Translations under genes and position numbers: made by a program
Shown: piece by piece, positions 7,924 through 17,158 of the stretch
Layout of the letters: each line of letters opens with the position of its first letter
Position numbering within the stretch: the stretch's first letter is position 1
Notes under the pieces: model-generated
What the model saw: only the letters and a program-made list of their open reading frames with translations
What the model was told of the DNA's origin: nothing
Databases searched by the model: none
NCBI GenBank assembly: GCA_963760485.1
Contig: CAVXDP010000015.1
Location: 50,193 to 114,192, forward strand
Direction: 5' to 3'
DNA from: Candidatus Bathyarchaeota archaeon
GTDB lineage: Archaea > Thermoproteota > Bathyarchaeia > 40CM-2-53-6 > CAVXDP01
DNA: 64,000 nucleotides

Positions 7924-9656
7924 ATGGTGATAAAGTGCCCCACATGCGATTCAAGCAATAAGGACGACGCGATTTCCTGTTCCGTTTGTGGTTCATCGCT
8001 TGCTGCGAAACCGTCGAAAGTTATGGAAACATCCGAAGAGGCGCAAAAACGGTCCAAAGTTCAGGGCTATGTTCCAAGGCGAGACGCCGTTTCATACAGT
8101 GGCACCACTTCAAGGCGGCAAGTATTCAGAATCAGTGTATCCAAAGAAGTAATGTCCAAAGTAATGGACCATGCGAAGAATGCTCCTGATGAAGAGGTAA
8201 TAGGACTTCTCATTGGAAGAATGGATGATCAAGTTCTAATTGTCGAGAACGTGGTAAGTGGCGAGGCAATTAGAGACAAAGTAAGCGTCATAATGCCGGG
8301 CGAAAGCCTCGCCAAAATCGCGGATGACATAGTTAACAAGAAAGTTGGCGGGAATATTGTAGGTTGGTATCATTCGCATCCAGGCCACGGCGTATTCATG
8401 TCCGAGGTGGACAAGGACACACAATACAAATTGCATCAGTTCTCGCCATACGTCGTCGCACTCGTGTTAGATCCGTCAACAGGAGAGTTCAAATTCTTCA
8501 GTCGTGATCAGAAATCAGGAACTACGCAATCACTCAAGAGTAGTCAAGCCCATTTCTATGGACCTGGAGAACCTCAAGTGCCTGAGAGTTTCAAACCAAG
8601 CACAGAACCTGTCCCTTCACCATATACGTCGTTGCAGTCAAGATGGCGGTCATCATTCCCAGCCTTAGTCCTCTTGTTAGTCATAGTCGTTGCAATCGTT
8701 ACGGGAACTCTACTAGAGCAATTTACTTTGGAGGTAATGCCCCCCTGAAGTTGGGCCATCAACCAGTTACAAGTGGCATAATAGGCAACGACATCAACCT
8801 GATAGCTAATGTGACCGGAGGAGCAGGAGGAGCCAAGAACCTCACAATCTACTATAAACTCTCCAAGGACACCGTGTGGAAGAGCAATCATATGGCCTTA
8901 GCCTCTAAAGAAGGCAACACATATTCCTACACGATCCCTGGTAGCGACGTAATTGGCAACGTGGACTATTACATGATCGCCTCTGACAGTGCAGGAAACA
9001 AAGTTGCCAGTCCAACGACTACGGTCGTCATCGAAGACTTCGAAATTCGTGCGGCGGATAGTCAGATCACAATCTACGTTGGCCAATCAAAGAATACAAC
9101 AGTAACAATCAAATCAATAAATGGTTTCAACTCGCCGATTTCTCTTCAGGCTTCTGACAAACCTCCAGAAATCGCAACCGTGATATTCACCCCTCAACGT
9201 GTCACCCCTCCACAGGGAGACCAAGCCACATCAACTGTGAATGTGGCCGTGCCTGCCTCAGCCAACACAGGAGAATACGAGATAAAGATCCAAGCAACAT
9301 ATGGTCAGGTAACTAGGACAACGTCGCTGAAGGTGCTTGTTTCAGGTTTTGATACGGCAATATCACCTTCATCCGTAACCGTTCAAAGGGGAAAGAAAGC
9401 TATATACACAGTGACGTTAGACGTCAAGAAAGGGTTCACTGATACAATCTCACTTAACGTCACTGGACTACCTTCAAAAGGAATTGATCAGATGAGCATC
9501 GTATTGAACAAGACGATAGCTGCTGAGGGAACCACCACGCTTACAGTGGAAATCGTCACAAAGTACGATGTGCCTGTCGGAACCTACAACCTCAAGATAA
9601 CCGCTACTGGTGGAGGAATAGCCAGAGAAGAAAGAGTTACTTTAATTATCCAATAG
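7924..9656 (+). CDS. Zn-ribbon + JAMM/MPN+ isopeptidase + TM + Ig-like ectodomain (one gene of about 577 aa, split by a -1 indel at about 8716)
   Basis: EVIGLLIG...GWYHSHPGHGVFMSEVD (intact JAMM motif). Adding one G gives the TM PALVLLLVIVVAIVTGTLLGAIYF, continuing into the Thr/Val-rich beta-repeats of ORF 8643-9656. Confidence 0.8.
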
Positions 9657-9689
9657 TAAAATAAGTCCAATGGAGGTTGGTAAGAAAAG

Positions 9690-9935
9690 ATGAAGCTATT
9701 TGTGCAAGCGCCAATAGGGCCTCAAACAGGATTGGCTGAAATAGAAGTAATACCGGACCATACTGTGGGTGAAGTGAAACAACAAGTCTGTACGTCATTT
9801 GGTGTGGACCCTTCAACGGTATCTCTGATGTACGGTGGAGTGGTATTGGACGAGAATATGACTATTTCAAGAGCTGGGATACCTGAGAACGCGCAGATAG
9901 CACTAATGCCATACAATATCATTGGCGGCAGATAG
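9690..9935 (+). CDS. ubiquitin-like modifier precursor (ends IIGG-R)
   Basis: Ubiquitin-like beta-grasp pattern (TVGEVK, LMYGGVVLDE..T), di-Gly plus one residue; SD GGAGG. Confidence 0.9.
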   Translation: MKLFVQAPIGPQTGLAEIEVIPDHTVGEVKQQVCTSFGVDPSTVSLMYGGVVLDENMTISRAGIPENAQIALMPYNIIGGR

Positions 9936-10527
9936 TGTGAATCTCCCCCTTCTATACGAAGAAAGAAATTTTCTGAAACATCAGTTTCCGATGGTCACAT
10001 CCCTCGCCGACCCCCCAACCCTTTACGAAGGGTTGGTACGTTGCGAGAAGGGTGAGGTTATGGATCTAGCCGACCAGAAGATCTGGCCCTTCACAGAGTA
10101 TGTCAAATGGCACCGTTTCAGACTTCAGCTTCTGAACGAGTACCCTCTAAAACCGCCAGTTGCCACTTGGCTCACGGACATCCATCACCCGAACATCGTT
10201 CCAAATATCGCTGGCGCTGTTTGCGTCTCCGTGTTGGGGGAAGCTTGGCGTCCGGACCTGAAGATCATTTCAGTGGTAAATTCGCTCTATTATCTTCTGT
10301 CAGATCCAAATCCGAATAACGTTTTTGATCATCCAAATTGCATGGAATCTGCGGAAGTCTGTAGAAAATACGGTTTTCCGACCAGCGGGGCACAGAGGAA
10401 ACCTCGTGAACCTGATGACACAATGAGGTTCAACATAATCCCAGTTCCCAGATCAGTTTCTGCCGAAAGAGATGCCATTCTCACATTTAGAATTCCAGGC
10501 CGAACAAGCCAAGAGGCAACTCGATGA
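9922..10527 (+). CDS. ubiquitin-conjugating enzyme E2-like
   Basis: YPLKPP...HHPNI......VCVSVL..W.P...I..V..SL..LL.DPNP; HPN motif and catalytic Cys intact. Confidence 0.93.
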   Translation: MAADSVNLPLLYEERNFLKHQFPMVTSLADPPTLYEGLVRCEKGEVMDLADQKIWPFTEYVKWHRFRLQLLNEYPLKPPVATWLTDIHHPNIVPNIAGAVCVSVLGEAWRPDLKIISVVNSLYYLLSDPNPNNVFDHPNCMESAEVCRKYGFPTSGAQRKPREPDDTMRFNIIPVPRSVSAERDAILTFRIPGRTSQEATR

Positions 10528-11777
10528 AAGTTACGGCCGAAATTCCACAGGTTAGCGAAGTTGGCGTCGAAGCCTCCAGATCCACCAAGATTAGGGATCT
10601 GAAAAAGAGAATATGTAAGGAGCTTGGAATTGCCGAGGAACTCACAGCCTTACTTTTGAAAGGCAGATTACTGCCAGAAAACGCAACGCTAGGGCAGATC
10701 AACCTACAGTCTCAAAAGTTAACCGTAGACTACATGTGGGCTAGACACCTGCTTCTCTGGGGAACTAGTGGACAATCACTAATCGAAAAGTCTCAAGTTG
10801 TCCTTGCTGGTGCTGGCGCCATTGGAAACGAGGTTGCTAAGAATCTTGCCATGCTAGGCATGCGAAGACTCATAGTCGTCGATCATGATCTGATTGAAAC
10901 ATCGAACCTTAGCCGAGCCGTCTTCTTTGACAAGAACGATGTTGGAAAACCCAAGGCATCGACTCTTTCACGCAAGCTTCAGAAGAACTATCCGTACGTT
11001 GAAGCGAAGTTTCACAACAACCGCGTCGAAGATCTGCCGCTTCAAGTCTATCTCGAGTCAGATGTGATCATATCAGGTCTCGACAATGTTCCGTCGAGAA
11101 TGCATCTTGTCTCGATCTCACGCAGGTATTCTATTCCAATGGTGGATGCGGGAACCATAGGCTACGAGGTAAGGGTTCAATCGTATATTCCTCCTGAAGA
11201 CCCATGTCCCATTTGCCCTCTGCCTCCAGGAAACTATGGACAAATGGCCGGTCTTAGAAATCCCTGTACTGCTCCGCTAGAAGAGATGAAAATTCCCTCT
11301 CTTCCAACGTCGATGTCGCTAGTATCATCAATACAGGCTCAAGAAGCCACGAAAATAATCCTGGGTTACAAGGCCTTTCTGAAGGATAAGAAGTGGCCGT
11401 CACATGTCGGAGAACCATTGAAAGGCGTTCTTCTGGTAGACCTGAAATTCAATAGATACTCCAAGATGGAGCTTAACAAGAACCCAAGGTGCATGATCTG
11501 TGGAAAAGATGGCATCGCAAATAACACCGTGAGCCGGTATGAAATTTCTTTTTCGGAAGTTCGAAACTCAACCAAAAGACTACAGGAAAGGATCACCGAG
11601 CTCCCAGCTGTGAAGCCGACAGAGGTCTTGATGTTCAAGGAGGACAGGAAAAGACTCGTGCCCGTTGAGACTGGAAAGACTATCAGTCAGCACAGGTTAA
11701 GCAAGGGTAACTATGTTCATGTCGTATTCAAGACCAGCGAAGGCAACTATTCTGAAGCGGTTGTTAAACTAAGGTAA
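10524..11777 (+). CDS. E1-like activating enzyme with N-terminal Ubl domain and C-terminal ubiquitin-fold-like domain
   Basis: GAGAIG, DHDLIETSNLSR, CPIC/CMIC Zn pair, RNPCT candidate catalytic Cys; N-terminal TKIRDLKKRI..LLLKGRLL Ubl pattern; ATGA overlap with E2. Confidence 0.92.
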   Translation: MKVTAEIPQVSEVGVEASRSTKIRDLKKRICKELGIAEELTALLLKGRLLPENATLGQINLQSQKLTVDYMWARHLLLWGTSGQSLIEKSQVVLAGAGAIGNEVAKNLAMLGMRRLIVVDHDLIETSNLSRAVFFDKNDVGKPKASTLSRKLQKNYPYVEAKFHNNRVEDLPLQVYLESDVIISGLDNVPSRMHLVSISRRYSIPMVDAGTIGYEVRVQSYIPPEDPCPICPLPPGNYGQMAGLRNPCTAPLEEMKIPSLPTSMSLVSSIQAQEATKIILGYKAFLKDKKWPSHVGEPLKGVLLVDLKFNRYSKMELNKNPRCMICGKDGIANNTVSRYEISFSEVRNSTKRLQERITELPAVKPTEVLMFKEDRKRLVPVETGKTISQHRLSKGNYVHVVFKTSEGNYSEAVVKLR

Positions 11778-11800
11778 GAATATTCCTTCATACCAAGCTT

Positions 11801-13819
11801 TTAGCCTAGTCTACCCGATTGTTTCAACCTCTCAGCCGATTCCTTAACTTTCTCCGGAGAGATTCCAAGATCACTTGCTGCCTGCCTTAGAGATATGACG
11901 CCTGAATGCTCAATTATGTAGGAATAGACTCTCTCATCTAAATCCGATTGCGCTGGCAATACTTCCCGCGTTCGACCACAATTTCTACAGGCAGTCTCGG
12001 TTTCCTGCATCGGTGCATCACACGCCGGGCAATGCGCAAGGCGCCCTACCACCGCCTGAGGTGCAACTGGTTTCGTGTGCGGAGTTTGTCTACCCTGCAG
12101 AATAGTAGTCCCAAGTCTATCTCTAATCCACGATATGGGATCAAGTCCGAGTTTGAATTTCATGAGTCCAAAGATGCTCATGATAACTGCGACCATAACA
12201 GCAACTGTGACTCCTGCAAGTAGTAGTGGGCTGAAAACTGTTATTGTTGCACTAGCTTGACTTGTGTCGTAACGCAGATCGCCAGTGTAGAGTACGTCAA
12301 CCCTTATCGTGTCACTCGTCACTGTTTTGAATGATAGTGATGCCAACCCTTCGTTGTCGGTCGGAAGTGTCTGGTCAATCTTTGTATCGCCAGTTGTGAT
12401 GGTGAAGTTCAACGGCGCAGATTGTATCGGGGTTCCCGTCGTGTCCCTAAGAGTGGCTTTGATTACAAGGTTATCGCCTTGCAGGGCAAAACTCTGTGTG
12501 AAGAGTTTCAATGTGGTTCGAATGGCTTCGATGGTAAGAGTGCCTGACCATTCGCTCTGCGCAAAATTGTGCTCCCCATCATACACGATCCTAAGCTGGA
12601 TTGACCCTTTTCTTCCAGGAACGTGCAATGCGGAGGCAAACCCATTCTCGTTCGTAGTACTATTTCCAAACTTCTCATTGTCAGAATAGAACTGGATCAC
12701 TTGCCCCGGTACGGGCTTGTCCATTTCATCGGAAAGTTGGACTGTAACGTTCACAGTCTGTCCAACAACCATTGAACTTGGAATGTTGAATAGGAGTTTG
12801 GTTGGGATGGGAATGATCGTAATTCCCATTGTCGCCACCGTGGAATTGTGGGATGCAGATCCTTCATAGAGCACCTTAACTTGATAGTTGCCTACGTCTA
12901 GAACCTCATTGTCTACTATCTTTGCGTATCCTGATGAGTCCGTTATGTTTGTTCCGATGTCCCTTTGTGTCGATTCGGAAAGAATGTAGAACTTCAAAGT
13001 CTGATCCTTTATGGGATCTCCATTTGCGTCGAGCAGTCTGGTGGATATCTCAATGGGATAGCTATACTTCATTTTTTCTGAGACATATAGATTCAGACCT
13101 GCACCGAGTTTGGTTACTACAAGGGTTGCTGAAACGCTCTCTCTGTGAGAGACTCCTCGAAAGTCCGCGTACATCACTTCGAAGGTGAGCACGCGAGGGC
13201 CCATGGAAATCGATATTGGAGCGGATACTGAAAACTCTGCTTTGGTAGTCTGGCCCGCAGGCATATCCCCAATGTTCCGTGCCTGTGGGTCTACCAGTAA
13301 CCCAGAGGTTTCATTAAGAGAAATGGCGACAGAAAGCATCTTGTCGTTTCCCCCATTCTGAAACGACACGACCAGTGTCGACGGCACCCTTGCTCCAAGT
13401 TGAATTGTGGAGATCGACTGAGACCAACTTGCAACAAAGAGCTTGACGACGAGAATTTTGAACTCCCTAGAATCCTCCAGGACTACCGTCGTCTGGTTCC
13501 TCCAGTAGAGTTCCGCACGCATGAGATATTCATCAGGACCCTGCAAGTTCATGATTCTGATGCCGTGTGAGACCCTGAATCCAGTCTTACATTCCCATGA
13601 CGACGAAGACTCATCAACTACCAATGTGTTACCCGCGTAAACCTTGAAGAAGAACAACGATGTCCCTGTCAGATCTCTTCTCTCTAGGTTCATCACAGTG
13701 AAATTGAGGTTCTCTGCATCACCATCATAGATCTTGGCAACGTAAACCACATCTAGGATCCGAGCTCCAGATGTTGGCTGGGCAGTCGAAAGTGAACTAC
13801 CCAAAAGTGACCCCATCAT
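11801..13819 (-). CDS. cell-surface protein: Ig-like repeats + TM + Zn-ribbon + C-terminal winged helix
   Basis: Repeated L.D..G.PI..Q...TD..G.A Ig motifs; TM LLLAGVTVAVMVAVIMSIFGLM; CPAC..CRNC; VYSYIIEHSGVISLRQAASDLGIS. The signal h-region continues in frame upstream (RRDCLIFCFLLAL), so the start is probably at about 13860-13890. Confidence 0.8.
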   Translation of the reverse strand: MMGSLLGSSLSTAQPTSGARILDVVYVAKIYDGDAENLNFTVMNLERRDLTGTSLFFFKVYAGNTLVVDESSSSWECKTGFRVSHGIRIMNLQGPDEYLMRAELYWRNQTTVVLEDSREFKILVVKLFVASWSQSISTIQLGARVPSTLVVSFQNGGNDKMLSVAISLNETSGLLVDPQARNIGDMPAGQTTKAEFSVSAPISISMGPRVLTFEVMYADFRGVSHRESVSATLVVTKLGAGLNLYVSEKMKYSYPIEISTRLLDANGDPIKDQTLKFYILSESTQRDIGTNITDSSGYAKIVDNEVLDVGNYQVKVLYEGSASHNSTVATMGITIIPIPTKLLFNIPSSMVVGQTVNVTVQLSDEMDKPVPGQVIQFYSDNEKFGNSTTNENGFASALHVPGRKGSIQLRIVYDGEHNFAQSEWSGTLTIEAIRTTLKLFTQSFALQGDNLVIKATLRDTTGTPIQSAPLNFTITTGDTKIDQTLPTDNEGLASLSFKTVTSDTIRVDVLYTGDLRYDTSQASATITVFSPLLLAGVTVAVMVAVIMSIFGLMKFKLGLDPISWIRDRLGTTILQGRQTPHTKPVAPQAVVGRLAHCPACDAPMQETETACRNCGRTREVLPAQSDLDERVYSYIIEHSGVISLRQAASDLGISPEKVKESAERLKQSGRLG

Positions 13820-14102
13820 TAATGCTAACAGGAAACAGAAAATCAGGCAGTCGCGCCTTATCGTCGTAGTCTGTCCCTCTTGAACATCTTCAATTCTTGG
13901 AGTTGGTATCTTAATATATTACTATTTGACGGTTTTCTGTCGAGTTCATACATTTTGGCTACATTCCAAGGGCATTGGTTCCTGATCAACAGCCGTGGCC
14001 GCGAGTTTTTGGCACCCTGTTAGAGGGTTTCATAAGCGCTTTTAGAGGCGTTCACGACATTAGATGACGTGATGTTCCAAGTTAGAGTTTCAGTGAAGAA
14101 CT

Positions 14103-14390
14103 ATGGGGTCTACCAATTATTACAGGGGAAGGGCGCGTGAGTATCGTGTCCTGCAAACTCTTCGTCATGACGGTTGGTTTTGCGCAAGAAGCGCCGCGTC
14201 CCATAGCCCTGTTGACATATTTGCTGGAAAAGGTGGCCGGACTTTGATGATACAAGTTAAGAGTGGAAGAGGCCGACTCGTTGAAACTGAGAGAGAAGCG
14301 CTAATCGCGTGGGCCAAAGCATTCAACGGCGAAGCTCAAGTCTGGCATTTCAGAAAAGGGCGTATACCAGAGATAACAACTCTGGGATAG
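14103..14390 (+). CDS. Hjc-like Holliday junction resolvase/PD-(D/E)xK nuclease
   Basis: YYRGRAREY, RSAASHSPVDIFA, IQVKS. Confidence 0.8.
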   Translation: MGSTNYYRGRAREYRVLQTLRHDGWFCARSAASHSPVDIFAGKGGRTLMIQVKSGRGRLVETEREALIAWAKAFNGEAQVWHFRKGRIPEITTLG

Positions 14391-14539
14391 ATTCGATAGA
14401 TTCGATGCTGCGCCAGCTTCCCGTAGGATCATTGGTTTGATCTTGCAGTGGAGTTCACGTTACTTTCACTACTCTCTGTTGCTTATTTTGTACATTTCAC
14501 ATGATACTCCACACGAGATTGCACACGGTGATATGCCTT

Positions 14540-14713
14540 ATGCTTGAAGGGAAGACGAGAATCATAATGCCGCCTAGGGGTGGCAAGACGGGCATCTTGT
14601 ATATTCCTGCTGACATCGTGAAAGACTCCTCGTTTCCTTTTCAAGCCAACGAGAGAGTGCTCGTTCGAATAGAAGACGGTAAGCTCATAGTGGAAAGTGA
14701 GGATAAGACTTGA
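14540..14713 (+). CDS. AbrB/MazE-like small DNA-binding protein
   Basis: LYIPADIVKDSSFPF...ERVLVRIEDGKLIV; SD GGTGA. Confidence 0.7.
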   Translation: MLEGKTRIIMPPRGGKTGILYIPADIVKDSSFPFQANERVLVRIEDGKLIVESEDKT

Positions 14714-15246
14714 CAATCAAGAAGGTCTCAGGGCAGATCGCATGGCGAATGAGGAGAGACGGAAACATTCCACAGGACTACTGGAAGAAATTCCTGAACA
14801 ACGTAAGTGAACTGGTGAAGTTCCGGAGAGAACGGTATGGCTACCACCTGTATCAAGGGGGTAGACTGTTTTCCGTAGGTAATCCAGTTGAGCAGAATGG
14901 CTACGTAGAATTCGCTGCAGGATTCAGGGACTCGAAACCGTCTTTTGTGGATATGTTGTTTGAAGCATCGACTGGAGATTTCGAGACATGCCACATTTCA
15001 TTCTTCTTGAGAGATGATGTGATTGATTTCGAGAGTCTGAAGAAGAACCTGAGATCGCGTTGCAGTAATCTCGTGGAGGAAGTCAACGGGAACTTCAGCG
15101 TGAGAATGCGAAGTGATAGAAAACTACTCCGACTCTCGGGCTACCCTCGCATGAACAGGATTACGATATCTGGATCCTTTACGAGGGGAGAGCTACCTAG
15201 TCACTTTCTCGAGGAGTTCTTAGAGGTGAGTCTAGATGGTAACTGA
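14710..15246 (+). CDS. hypothetical protein in the crenactin operon
   Basis: 178-aa ORF overlapping both neighbours; no family recognised. Confidence 0.6.
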   Translation: MTIKKVSGQIAWRMRRDGNIPQDYWKKFLNNVSELVKFRRERYGYHLYQGGRLFSVGNPVEQNGYVEFAAGFRDSKPSFVDMLFEASTGDFETCHISFFLRDDVIDFESLKKNLRSRCSNLVEEVNGNFSVRMRSDRKLLRLSGYPRMNRITISGSFTRGELPSHFLEEFLEVSLDGN

Positions 15247-16523
15247 AACGAAAAGTCTACCCTACAAACAGGAATTCACTTTTGGAATGGATTATGGAAC
15301 GGGCGATTTTAAGTACGGGCCGATCTCGTGCGGTGAGAAACCGGAGATCGTGGAGAACCGTGGATATTTCCCTGACAACAAATCAATAATGTACTCTACT
15401 TTCGAGAATCCCAGGGAAGTTGTGGTCGGAAAGGATGTTCCACTGTACCTTCAAGCCAGTGATGACCTTTCAACAAGGCTCGTATATCCGATGAGAAACG
15501 GCGTTATCGAAAAGAACGATACGCAAGCTTGGAACGTTGTTCGAGAGATATCAAGGTATGCAATTGAGAATTTCAAACCTGCAGGTTCTGACTTCCAGGG
15601 TTTCTACATTGTTTCTTCCCTTTCATCAGTTTCTCCAAGATACATGTATGAGAGACTCTTTGAAATCTATCGTCAGATCAACGATGGGCAAAGGTTCGTG
15701 AGAGCTGCAACAGTGATACAGCAACCTCTCGCGGTCGCGATAGCCCACAAGACCACGACGTGCGTGGTGATAGAGTCCGGGCACGGTAACACTCAGGTGT
15801 GCCCGATCTCTAGGTATCCAATACCAAACGCAATTGTCGCAATAAATCGGGGAGGAGGCGACGCGAACGCTCTAACCGCTGAGATTCTGAAAGATCAGGG
15901 ATACGGCGATCTCGCGAGAGAAGAAGCAGTCGTGAGGAAAGTGAAAGAGGAGATTGGGCTCGTGCCAATTGATCTAGAAAAAGCCGTGGCAGTCCGCCAA
16001 GAAGAACCCGAAAAAGTTCAAAGCCAAATTCAGACTTCCTGGAACACGGATCTCAGTAGACCTTGAGGAAAACTCGTGGGCACGATTCCTAATTGGTGAA
16101 TATGTCTTCAATCCAAACCATGAGCTATTTCAAAGCTATTTCTCGAGAGGAATGGGCAGACCTAAGGATGTTAAAGTCGGTGACACGACCTTCAGCGGCA
16201 CGTTGGACTTCGGGGAAGCGGTCGTTCAAGCGGTCGAACGTTGTCCAATGGAACTTCAACAACACCTCTACAGAGAGATACTACTGTCGGGAGGCAACTT
16301 TAGTTGGAATCCGCCTGAGAATCTGAGAGATGTCGCGACAGATTCCACAAACAAAATGCGAATTCTCCTCAGACTAAAGGGCATCACGAACGTCAAGACT
16401 ATCATGACAGAATCGCCTCAGTTTTCGGTTTGGCGTGGATGCGTGATCTACGGCTACGCAGTCCCGGAGGACTATGAATGGAACTGGGAACGTATGGAAG
16501 GCTGGAACACACTTGGCAACTGA
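15236..16523 (+). CDS. crenactin (archaeal actin), about 428 aa, frameshifted at about 15994
   Basis: FTFGMDYGTG..KYGPI, QPLAVAIA, ESGHGNTQV.PIS, NRGG..AN..T.EILKD.GY.D.AREE. After removing one C: WARFLIGEYVFNPNHE, ILLSGG.FSW, PQFSVWRG..IYGYA, EGW. Collinear with Pyrobaculum crenactin as I recall it. Confidence 0.92.
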
Positions 16524-17157
16524 GCCATCTCTCGTTCAACAACTGCAGAATTTCTTCCTTGGCAAAGGTATGCATGAAGCTGGAACGTTCGACAATAGTC
16601 ACCGTGCTTGCTTCATATATTCAGGCGACAACAGAATGTCCGCTGTCAGAATACTCGAGGAAGATGAACTCTCCTCGAGAAACTCGGTTCTTGATGCCAT
16701 TCTTTCAACAGCCTCTTTGATGAACCGTTTCAATTACGTCTACCTAGCCTTGCCAAAGCTCATTTCATCAATGATAGAAAGCAAAATAATTGAAGAACAC
16801 GGAATCGGCCTCATCGTCTACGACCAGAAGACCGTCCAAGAGGTAGTGAACCCAAAGTATCTCCAGATAATGAGCCAGCAACCCACAATAAGCGTCCCCA
16901 ATCAAGAATCCCAAGCTCTACTTGAGGAAATAAGTGCTCTAAGGGGAAGGCTGAAGTTTCTTGAAGAGACTATGGAGTCGTTGAAGTCTGAAATAGGGCA
17001 TCTCAAGTCCTGGAAGACTTCCGTTCCACATCTGACAGGAATCCCCTCCAGTCCAACCACACCAGTCTTCGAAGGTGCACCATCATTCATCAGAGACAAT
17101 CCCTGGATAGACGTTCTCTCCAAGAGAGGCAGTGAGAGTGAGAGGCTTGTCAGTTGA
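16513..17157 (+). CDS. arcadin-2-like crenactin regulator
   Basis: Coiled coil followed by the C-terminal DNPWIDVLSKR, resembling the arcadin-2 crenactin-binding helix (ENEWVKILRSKR); overlaps the crenactin stop. Confidence 0.65.
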   Translation: MATEPSLVQQLQNFFLGKGMHEAGTFDNSHRACFIYSGDNRMSAVRILEEDELSSRNSVLDAILSTASLMNRFNYVYLALPKLISSMIESKIIEEHGIGLIVYDQKTVQEVVNPKYLQIMSQQPTISVPNQESQALLEEISALRGRLKFLEETMESLKSEIGHLKSWKTSVPHLTGIPSSPTTPVFEGAPSFIRDNPWIDVLSKRGSESERLVS

Positions 17158-17158
17158 A

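Noticed and set aside
9690..11777. Ubl/E1 as a ThiS/MoaD-type sulfur relay for the TtuA gene at 22145
   Set aside because: The coupled E2 with intact HPN/Cys and the ubiquitin-like (not ThiS/SAMP-like) sequence point to protein conjugation; TtuA is 10 kb away.
14540..14713. AbrB-like gene as antitoxin of a TA pair, or as arcadin-1
   Set aside because: The downstream ORF shows no PIN/MazF motifs; resemblance to arcadin-1 is limited to a generic C-terminal hairpin.
15961..16066. Split crenactin, programmed frameshift or BHB intron at the crenactin break (likewise dapA, pyrH, htpX, polB, pheT)
   Set aside because: Each break is fully repaired by one base with no surplus sequence, BHB or slippery heptamer, so assembly error is the simplest explanation.
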